Positions 57,149-64,000 of a stretch of 64,000 nt of DNA are shown piece by piece. The stretch's first letter is position 1, and each line of letters opens with the position of its first letter. Location of the stretch: assembly GCA_041691855.1 (NCBI GenBank), contig JBEPTW010000001.1:14215-78214 (forward strand). Direction: 5' to 3'. The notes under the pieces were generated by a model. It was given only the letters and a program-made list of their open reading frames with translations, did not search any database and was not told the origin of the DNA. Origin of the DNA: Verrucomicrobiota bacterium. GTDB taxonomy: Bacteria; Verrucomicrobiota; Verrucomicrobiia; Opitutales; Opitutaceae. The position numbers were made by a program, and so were the translations under genes.

Positions 57149-57595
57149 TTACTTGAGCCAAGCTTGCGTGCTCACGGGGTCGCGGCCTTCGTCGTATTCG
57201 TTGAGATCGAAAAATGTCTCGATCGGTTTGCCAACGAGACCGTATTCCGTGATGCGCTGCTTGAGTATCGGGCTGCGGTCGTCGCGCCAGCCGATCTTCA
57301 TCATGAAGCGGCTCCAGAGTTCGCGCTCGTCCTCGCTGCGAGCGCCGCCGCGTTCGAAGACCCAGCCGAGAATTTCCTCGTCGCTGCCGCCGGCGAGTGT
57401 GCGGGTTTTCAAATCGGCGTGCGATACGCGCAGGAAAGCGCAGCAGCGCGCGTCGAAACCGTTGCTGACATTGCTGTGGTATTCAGCGGGAAGCTGGCCA
57501 GCGGCGAGCAGGCGAATCTTGTCGAGCATGCGGCCAAAATACACGAGGCCGCCGACTTTGGCGTAGCAACTGCGGAGTCCGGGAACGTTAGGCAT
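57149..57595 (-). CDS. DUF5069-type protein
   Basis: GGLVYFGRMLDKIRL, GFDARCCAFL, DEEILGW. ATG at 57595. Confidence 0.75.
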   Translation of the reverse strand: MPNVPGLRSCYAKVGGLVYFGRMLDKIRLLAAGQLPAEYHSNVSNGFDARCCAFLRVSHADLKTRTLAGGSDEEILGWVFERGGARSEDERELWSRFMMKIGWRDDRSPILKQRITEYGLVGKPIETFFDLNEYDEGRDPVSTQAWLK

Positions 57596-57700
57596 AGGGC
57601 GCAAGGTATCCGTTCCGTCAGCCGCGAAGGCAACGCCACAATGCGGCCAATCGCAGAACGGCACCGCGCGCGAACGTAGATCGCCGGAAATCTTTCCGCG

Positions 57701-57976
57701 TTACTGCGGCGCGCGGTAATACACGACCGTCGCCAACAGCCCGAGCATGAAGGTGGGAATGTTAACCCACAGTTGGTTGAACGGAACGTGATAATGGCGC
57801 ACCGCCCAGATGACGGCCACGTGTTTGATCGCGATCAGGATCCAGCAAATCAGAATGATCCGTTCGATGCGCGGTTCGCGCGGCGCGGCGCGCGTCACGT
57901 GAACCTCATTAATAAAGGCGCGGTCGATGCCATCCGGTGAGCGGCGGATTTTGAGCTGGAAGAGATCGGCGAACAT
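57701..57976 (-). CDS. Small two-TM membrane protein
   Basis: Two hydrophobic segments in the C-terminal half; fits the gene spacing. Confidence 0.6.
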   Translation of the reverse strand: MFADLFQLKIRRSPDGIDRAFINEVHVTRAAPREPRIERIILICWILIAIKHVAVIWAVRHYHVPFNQLWVNIPTFMLGLLATVVYYRAPQ

Positions 57977-58134
57977 CGCACCGATAACCTACCCTCGGTT
58001 CACGCAAAAGAAAAGCTCCTTGGCGTGAAGCGGCGGGCCTGCTTGTTTGCCGCGATGGCGGCGGTCGTGCGGAGGCATGCGATCCTCGCGATTAATCCCG
58101 CAGCTCCCACCGATTTCTGGCAAAATTCAATTTC

Positions 58135-58635
58135 ATGAAAGTACGCGCGCATTTATTCCTTGTTGTCCTGTTGGTCGCCGCGCTCTGCGCTGAAGCAGCG
58201 CCGACGCAGGTAACCATGCCGGCGGAATCGAACTCCCCGATCTCGGCCGGCGTTGGTTTGCCGGCGGGACGCGCGCTTTTTTGGACGGGCGGGACAGTGG
58301 CGGCGCCGCTCAACAAGGATGGTGGGACGGTGCACGAGCGTTTCGGCGACACCTACGCGCAGGGTGTCAGCGCGTTAAAAAACATCGGGCACATTCTCGT
58401 CGAACAAGGCCTTTCGTTGAAGGATGTTGTGTACCTTCGGATTTATGTGGCGCCGGATTTGGAAAAGGACGGCAAGCCGGACTTCGCGGGTTGCTTCAAG
58501 GCGTACCGACTTTTCTTCGACAATGAGCGTAATCCGATGAAAGCCGCGCGAGCCACGGTGGGCGTTTCTGCATTGGTGAATTCCGACTGGCTGATTGAAA
58601 TCGAAGCGGTCGCCGTTTATCCTGCGGGTAAATAA
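58135..58635 (+). CDS. RidA/YjgF-family protein with signal peptide
   Basis: LKNIGHIL..GLSLKDVV, ARATVGV..L, LIEIEAVA. Confidence 0.82.
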   Translation: MKVRAHLFLVVLLVAALCAEAAPTQVTMPAESNSPISAGVGLPAGRALFWTGGTVAAPLNKDGGTVHERFGDTYAQGVSALKNIGHILVEQGLSLKDVVYLRIYVAPDLEKDGKPDFAGCFKAYRLFFDNERNPMKAARATVGVSALVNSDWLIEIEAVAVYPAGK

Positions 58636-58657
58636 GCGGCTTCGCTCTTTTCCTCCC

Positions 58658-59194
58658 ATGCAAATCAAGGCGCCCGGTAACGAGATCAACTATTTGCTGC
58701 AACAAACCCGGGTGCATCACATGCAACTGAGCAGCATGGCCGATTTGAAGGCCAACATGCTCCTCACGATGTCGGCGATCATCATCACCCTCGCGGTGCC
58801 CCGCGTGTTGGTGGAGGGAAAATTGCAATGGCCCCTGATGATGCTGATTGTTTTCAGCCTGATCACGATCCTGCTCGCGGCTTATTCAGTGATGCCGAAA
58901 TTGCCCTTGTGGTCGGGCAAAAAATCCGGCGCCGTGCCCGATGCAAAGAATCCCCATTTCAACCTGCTTTTCTTTGGCGATTTCAGCGGCATGAGTTATC
59001 CCGATTTTGTCGCGGAGATGGAATCCGCGATGAACGAACCATCACGCGTTTATGAATTACAGGTGCGGGAAATCTACATCCTCGGCAATTTTCTCGCGCA
59101 CACGAAGTATCGTTATCTGCGTCTCGCGTACGCCACGTTTATCTGCGGACTTCTCGCCAGCGTGATCGTACTGGGCGGCGCGAATCTGCGCTAA
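58658..59194 (+). CDS. Pycsar-effector-like (DUF5706/PycTM) membrane protein
   Basis: HMQLSSMADLKANMLL, TM pair, NLLFFGDF, KYRYLRLAY plus C-terminal TM. ATG at 58658. Confidence 0.75.
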   Translation: MQIKAPGNEINYLLQQTRVHHMQLSSMADLKANMLLTMSAIIITLAVPRVLVEGKLQWPLMMLIVFSLITILLAAYSVMPKLPLWSGKKSGAVPDAKNPHFNLLFFGDFSGMSYPDFVAEMESAMNEPSRVYELQVREIYILGNFLAHTKYRYLRLAYATFICGLLASVIVLGGANLR

Positions 59195-59203
59195 AGATTT
59201 CTA

Positions 59204-59311
59204 TGGAACCACGGCGACCTCACCGTAGGGCGCGCGTCTGACGTAGCACAGGCCTCCGTGCCTGTGGATTCTGGAGACATTGACCACGATAGGCGGGACG
59301 CCCGTCGCTAC
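59204..59311. repeat. TGGAG-type REP followed by a GTAG-type REP pair
   Basis: tggaaccacggcgacctcaccgtag, then gtagcacaggcctccgtgcctgtg ... gataggcgggacgcccgtcgctac. Confidence 0.7.
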
Positions 59312-59480
59312 GACAGGAGCTTCTCCTTCTCCCTATTCCGCAAAGATCAATGAGTTGAACACGTGACGCCCAAAACTGAAATTCCTCGCTTGGTAAAAAT
59401 GAGCACCGGATCGTTACGTGCTGCAATTTGACGGCACCAAGGAGTTGAAGTAAGGTCTGAGGTGGAAATCCTTTCCCTCT

Positions 59481-60089
59481 ATGAAAACCAGCCTCTTTTT
59501 TTCGGCCTTAGTTGTCGCGGTTGGAATGACCGCCGGTGTTTCGGCTTCTGCTAGTGATGTGGTCAAGCCATCGCGCCCTCCCGTCGTTGCCGATGCTTCC
59601 GAACAAAGTTCGGTCGATGAGCCCGCCGTCATCGATCACGTCGTCTATCTCGCCAAGTTGCCGTCACCGGATGAGTTGATGAAAGGCGCGGAATTGAAGG
59701 GCACGCCGATTGTGCGGATGGATCAGACCGCCGACAAAATCGTCGTGGTCTATCAATACGCCGGCGGTCGCACAGTGACTTTCGCCTATACGTTGCTCGC
59801 GTCGACTGCTTCATCTCAGACGCAACCGCAGCCACAAATCGGAGCTGCGGTGGTAACCTCGAGCAGCAATTACCAAGAGGTCTCGCCGACGTACGTTTCT
59901 CCGCCCCCCACTGTGGTGTACACGGATCCCGACGTCTATTATGCGCCAAGTGTCCGCTACTACGATCCCGCTTGGGATTTCTGGACGCCGCTCGCGGTAG
60001 GGATTGGTCTGGGTTGGGGCTTCGGGGGGCACAGCTACTACCATGGTGGCTATCACGGCGGCGGAAGCTGGCACGGTGGCCACCGCTAA
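59481..60089 (+). CDS. Exported hypothetical protein with a Gly/His/Tyr-rich tail
   Basis: Signal peptide, a possible C-terminal TM (PLAVGIGLGWGFGG), and a low-complexity tail. Confidence 0.65.
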   Translation: MKTSLFFSALVVAVGMTAGVSASASDVVKPSRPPVVADASEQSSVDEPAVIDHVVYLAKLPSPDELMKGAELKGTPIVRMDQTADKIVVVYQYAGGRTVTFAYTLLASTASSQTQPQPQIGAAVVTSSSNYQEVSPTYVSPPPTVVYTDPDVYYAPSVRYYDPAWDFWTPLAVGIGLGWGFGGHSYYHGGYHGGGSWHGGHR

Positions 60090-60099
60090 TCTAATTTCC

Positions 60100-60132
60100 T
60101 GGAGCCACGGCGACCCCGCCGTGGCTTTTTTC
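60100..60132 (+). terminator. REP-derived terminator hairpin
   Basis: agccacggcg-accc-cgccgtggct followed by a T-run, just after the stop codon. Confidence 0.65.
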
Positions 60133-60344
60133 GTTTAGCGACGCGAGGAAGCAACCGAGCGAGCAGGCTGATCGCCACGTCCGCCTTTGACGTGTTTGTG
60201 ATGACAAAACATGGGTGATGAATAGCGATGTGGCGCCGCATGGAAATCCCGCGTGAAGCGAGGTTTCCATTGTCGCCTCAAACTCCCTCGATTTTCCCTT
60301 CGCCTCCCTCGGTGTTTGTGATTCATACAGCCGCATCCGTCCGT

Positions 60345-61280
60345 ATGCCGCCGTTCATCAATTTCTCCGCTTACAAGTTCACGCCCTTCGAGGCAGAGGA
60401 GTTGCCTGCATTGAAGGAGCGACTGCTGGCCTTTACGAAAGCGCGCGCGCTTCGCGGTACGATCTTGCTCAGCGGCGAAGGCATTAACTTTTTCATCGCC
60501 GGGGCGCGGGCCGCGATGGACGAACTGCTCGCGGAGTTGCGCACGGTGCGGGGCTTGGCGGAGCTGCGGCCGAAGGAAAGTGAGAGCGACGAACAACCCT
60601 TCAACCGGATGCTCGTTAAAATTAAAAAGGAAATCATCGCGTTTGGCGTCGAGGGCATCGATCCCGCCCGCCGGCCATCGGCGAAGCTCGCGGCCCGGCA
60701 GTTGAAGCAATGGCTCGACGAGGGTCGTCCGGTGACGCTGCTCGACACGCGCAACGACTATGAAGTTCGGATGGGGACGTTTCAGGGCGCGGTGCGAGCT
60801 GGCATTGATCATTTTCGGGATTTCCCCGCGTCGGTCGCAAAGCTTCCGGCCGAACTGAAGGAGCAACCCGTCGTGATGTTTTGCACCGGCGGCATCCGGT
60901 GCGAGAAAGCCGGGCCGTTCATGGAGAAGGTCGGCTTTAAAAACGTTTTTCAACTCGATGGCGGCATCCTGAAATATTTCGAGGAATGCGGTGGGGCGCA
61001 TTACGATGGTGAGTGTTTCGTGTTCGACCGCCGCGTGGGCGTCGACCCCGCGCTGCAGGAAACGAATTCCGTCTTGTGTTTCAATTGTCAGATGCCCCTG
61101 ACCGAAGTCGAGCAACGCCACCCGCACTACGTGGCAGACATATCCTGTCCACACTGCATCAACGGTAAACGAGCGAAGACGTTGAGCACCAGCATTGACG
61201 TGGTATCGGCAGCTCCCAAGGGGGAAAAAGCAGAACTTTTTGACCTCATACTTGTGGAACGTTTGCGCAACCCATCCTGA
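60345..61280 (+). CDS. trhO: Rhodanese-domain tRNA U34 hydroxylase (TrhO/YceA-like)
   Basis: [51 protein letters not shown] at 60345. Confidence 0.85.
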   Translation: MPPFINFSAYKFTPFEAEELPALKERLLAFTKARALRGTILLSGEGINFFIAGARAAMDELLAELRTVRGLAELRPKESESDEQPFNRMLVKIKKEIIAFGVEGIDPARRPSAKLAARQLKQWLDEGRPVTLLDTRNDYEVRMGTFQGAVRAGIDHFRDFPASVAKLPAELKEQPVVMFCTGGIRCEKAGPFMEKVGFKNVFQLDGGILKYFEECGGAHYDGECFVFDRRVGVDPALQETNSVLCFNCQMPLTEVEQRHPHYVADISCPHCINGKRAKTLSTSIDVVSAAPKGEKAELFDLILVERLRNPS

Positions 61281-61334
61281 GATCGTTACTCGTTGGGAGT
61301 TTCTGTGAAACGGATAGAATTTCCGGTGAATCGA

Positions 61335-62021
61335 TTACCGTAATGAGAGACCCGGCTGATAGGTTCGAGTCCGTGAAACACCATTGTGATGCTCGACAAT
61401 CCCCAAGCCCAGTTCCAAGCCATAACGGATAAGTTTTGGGGTGTTGGGAAGATTCAGTTTATGCATGATCTCACGGCGATGGGTCTTGGCCGTGGAGACT
61501 GAGAGATTCAGTTGAGTGGCGATTTCTTCGTCGGACAAAGCTTGCGCAATCCAGAGCAACACTTCCTGTTCTCGATCGGAGAGGAGTTTGAAAAATGCTT
61601 TATCCGATCTGCGCAAACGACGTGACGCCCGTAAATAATGGGGCGAGAAATAGGTTCCGTTTTGACTCACGGAGGCGATGGCTTGGCGCAGGTTCAGCAA
61701 ACCGTCGGAGAATTTATCGAGGAAGCCATGAATTTCGACCTCGCTGAGTGCATATAGCTGATAATCGGAACAAATGGCGGACACGACAATGATGCGTGTG
61801 GCTGGCAGGGCCGCATTAATTTTTCGGATGAGCGTAATGCCGTCAATATCCGGCAGACTGATATCAAGAAGGACCACATCCGGGTTGGTGAAAATAATTT
61901 CTTCCAGAGCTTGAAGACCGGTGTGTGAAAAAGAAACGACGTCCAATCCCCAATGGCGGTGGCAATAATAATAAAGCATCTGGGCGATGCTCTGCATTGC
62001 ATCCACGATTGCCACGCGCAC
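61335..62021 (-). CDS. NarL/LuxR-family response regulator
   Basis: VLLDISLPDIDG receiver, LSDREQEVL..IATQLNLSVSTAKTHR HTH. Start estimated at GTG 62021. Confidence 0.88.
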   Translation of the reverse strand: MRVAIVDAMQSIAQMLYYYCHRHWGLDVVSFSHTGLQALEEIIFTNPDVVLLDISLPDIDGITLIRKINAALPATRIIVVSAICSDYQLYALSEVEIHGFLDKFSDGLLNLRQAIASVSQNGTYFSPHYLRASRRLRRSDKAFFKLLSDREQEVLLWIAQALSDEEIATQLNLSVSTAKTHRREIMHKLNLPNTPKLIRYGLELGLGIVEHHNGVSRTRTYQPGLSLR

Positions 62022-62249
62022 CGAAGGAATTCGAGTGTGGGCTTCTTCAGCGCCGGCTTGCGCCCGGATGATGGTCAACATAACTCAGATTTGGTTTTTT
62101 CCGAAAGGCCCATTTTCGATGGGATTTTTTCAGTCAGGGTAAACCTGATGGCAACAAAAATACCTCAAAAGAGGTATTCTCGAGGCTTTATGTCGGAACA
62201 TTGTGCTGGCTTTTTCCGGGGCGTAATCTTCCCCGAAACCCCTTTCCGC

Positions 62250-63341
62250 GTGAAACGTTTTATTTTTTTTGTGCCGTGCCTTGGTCTGTTGGTCTCCGCT
62301 ACGCTGGCCGTCCAGATTCCTGAGCCGAAAATTCCTCTTTCCAAGCTACCGCCTGCATCCGGGGTTGATCAGGTCACGGTGGAATGGCAAGCCGTGGTGG
62401 CGGACGCGGCGTCTGCGGGGCTTGCGCTTACCCGGCTTCAACCAGCCAGCGAGAACACAACCCGGCAGAAGTCAGATTCTTTTCTGCTTACCGCCGACAA
62501 AGCCAAAGCCTTCCGGGAAAAATACGCCGGCCGACCGGAGGCGAAGGCAGCGGAATTGCTGGAGGCCAAGAGCCGTTTGAATTCAGCGTTGTTTGACAAC
62601 CAGCCCCAGGATGCGCTGACGGCGACGATTGTGGCGGACATCCGCACTGATTTTGGGATACCTGCCAAGGATAGGCTCGAAACGGTGGCACTTTCCGAGG
62701 TGGTCCGCCTTCAGCCAATGATCCGGGACCGGGCCGAATTTTTGAAGGCGACTGAAACATCGACTCGAAATCTAATTTCCGAGTTTCCTTCTGAAGTGGG
62801 CGGCTATGAGGCGTTATTCCGACTGGCGGAAAGCCAGTCGGATAGTGCGAAAGGTACGGCGCTGGCATCCGAGCTGATAGATATGCAAGCGCCAGCCTCG
62901 GTTAAGGACTCGGCCCGTCTTTTTCTCGATCGTCAGGGACTGGTGGGGCAGCTTTTGCCGAAGCTGGCCGAAGCTGCATTGGGTCCGGGAAATTTGATCA
63001 GTGCGTCCCAAGGGAAACCAATCGTCCTTTATACATGGGCAAGTTGGAATCCGGGCAGTGTGGCTTTCGGCAAGCGGCTGGCGGGAATTGTTCCAAGTGG
63101 TGCAGCTCTGATCGGGGTGAATCTGGATAAGGATGTCGCTACCGCCACTGCACTCGCGCAATCAGAGTCTTTGCCCGGAGTTCAACTCTACGACGCCCGC
63201 GGCATGGACGGTCCCTTGGCCGCAACCCTTAAATTGTCCACCACCCTGCATGTTTTTGTGGCCAATATTCGTGGCGAGATTCGCGAGGTTTCCGCCCAGC
63301 GGGGTGATTTCGCGCTCAAGTTCGCTTCCGCCCTACGCTGA
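62250..63341 (+). CDS. Exported helical protein with a C-terminal TlpA-like thioredoxin fold lacking CxxC
   Basis: Signal peptide; GKPIVLYTWASWNPGS replaces FWAxWCxxC; LIGVNLD. Start estimated at GTG 62250. Confidence 0.65.
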   Translation: MKRFIFFVPCLGLLVSATLAVQIPEPKIPLSKLPPASGVDQVTVEWQAVVADAASAGLALTRLQPASENTTRQKSDSFLLTADKAKAFREKYAGRPEAKAAELLEAKSRLNSALFDNQPQDALTATIVADIRTDFGIPAKDRLETVALSEVVRLQPMIRDRAEFLKATETSTRNLISEFPSEVGGYEALFRLAESQSDSAKGTALASELIDMQAPASVKDSARLFLDRQGLVGQLLPKLAEAALGPGNLISASQGKPIVLYTWASWNPGSVAFGKRLAGIVPSGAALIGVNLDKDVATATALAQSESLPGVQLYDARGMDGPLAATLKLSTTLHVFVANIRGEIREVSAQRGDFALKFASALR

Positions 63342-63453
63342 ATATTAAAGCCCGGACGTTCATATCCTGTGGGAGTTGCCCTGTGGTTTGTTGCAGGGGG
63401 TGCAGACGAACAAGATTTTCCAACCTGATTTTTTTAAAACCATCCTGTTTCCT

Positions 63454-64000
63454 ATGAGAAAATTTCTTTTCTCCTTCGCGTTCTTGATTTTTGCCGGCGG
63501 CGCTTTTGCCGGCGGTTGGGGGGTGGCGCCGCCCACCACTGTCGCCACCGGTACGTCGATCAGCGGTGTCACTACCTGGGGTACTTCTGCTGTACCTTAT
63601 GGATCATACGGGGTGGCTTATCTGGTGTCATGGTACCGGGAGCCGAATGGTACATGGCATGGCTTGGCCACCCTTGGTGTGGGTACTTATGCCCAACGAA
63701 TACCCTCTTCTGGTTTCTATGCTGTGCCTTCCTTCCCGGTTTCAACCGCAGGCACTTATACCATTGCGATATATTCATCCATGTCTTCCTCCGTCTCCGG
63801 AACGCCGTCCGGAAATTTGGAGGTCCAGCAAAACATATCGGTCGTGCCGGCGAACAGCGCCCCAACCGTATCCTGGGTTAACAATCCGTCCACTGCTTAC
63901 GTCAACCAATGGTTCAATATCCAGGCGAGAGGGGATGACCCCGACGGCAATATTTCTTATGTTTATGTGTGGCGCGATGGACAGCCTTTTGCCTTTAACG
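63454..64000 (+). CDS. Secreted Ig-like-domain surface protein, runs off the window end
   Basis: Open frame from ATG 63454 to the window end: MRKFLFSFAFLIFAGGAFA signal, then NSAPTVSW..ARGDDPDGNISYVYVWRDG (bacterial Ig/PKD-like). Absent from the ORF track because there is no stop. Confidence 0.75.
   Translation, partial: MRKFLFSFAFLIFAGGAFAGGWGVAPPTTVATGTSISGVTTWGTSAVPYGSYGVAYLVSWYREPNGTWHGLATLGVGTYAQRIPSSGFYAVPSFPVSTAGTYTIAIYSSMSSSVSGTPSGNLEVQQNISVVPANSAPTVSWVNNPSTAYVNQWFNIQARGDDPDGNISYVYVWRDGQPFAFN

Noticed and set aside
60135-61154. 339-aa minus-strand ORF opposite trhO, and similar long antisense ORFs at 25922-27124, 47096-48805 and 52285-53322
   Set aside because: Shadow frames of confidently assigned genes.
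63516-63881. Cys/Trp-rich 121-aa ORF listed in the ORF track
   Set aside because: It is an alternative frame of the real signal-peptide-bearing ORF that starts at 63454 and runs off the window.

Overview
GC-rich bacterial chromosome segment. Gene content and repeat style suggest Verrucomicrobiota/Opitutae (inference, not a database result). I found no rRNA, tRNA, CRISPR array or intact transposase. Core genes: a sulfate assimilation operon (cysI-cysH-cysD-cysN-Rrf2, with a divergent uroporphyrinogen methyltransferase), a Pfk-family protein, purB, holA, cinA, uvrC, a CbiX-type chelatase, upp and a trhO-like rhodanese. Accessory blocks: (i) 18.8-23.3 kb, two J-domain proteins around an antitoxin plus a pseudogenised ParE toxin; (ii) 28.2-39.1 kb, an exported vanadium-haloperoxidase-family enzyme, an internally duplicated DoxX-like membrane protein, two FG-GAP/ASPIC-UnbV propeller proteins, an outer-membrane barrel, and a LytS/LytTR pair with a 21-bp-period direct repeat in front of the operon (best candidate for an undescribed system); (iii) 39.5-47.8 kb, an atypical PI3K/HipA-like kinase, a Cys/His-rich unknown, a BadF-type sugar kinase, a four-domain TonB-C protein, a GH2 and a SIS protein; (iv) an orphan Pycsar-type membrane effector; (v) 61.3-64 kb, an AT-richer block with a LuxR regulator, a Cys-less TlpA-like protein and a secreted Ig-like protein cut by the window end. 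Also notable: a Pfk homologue with substituted catalytic motifs, a 146-bp MITE that carries a REP doublet inside IS-like terminal repeats, and several REP-like and 9-bp-period repeat families. All family assignments come from motif recognition by eye, and start codons are best estimates.
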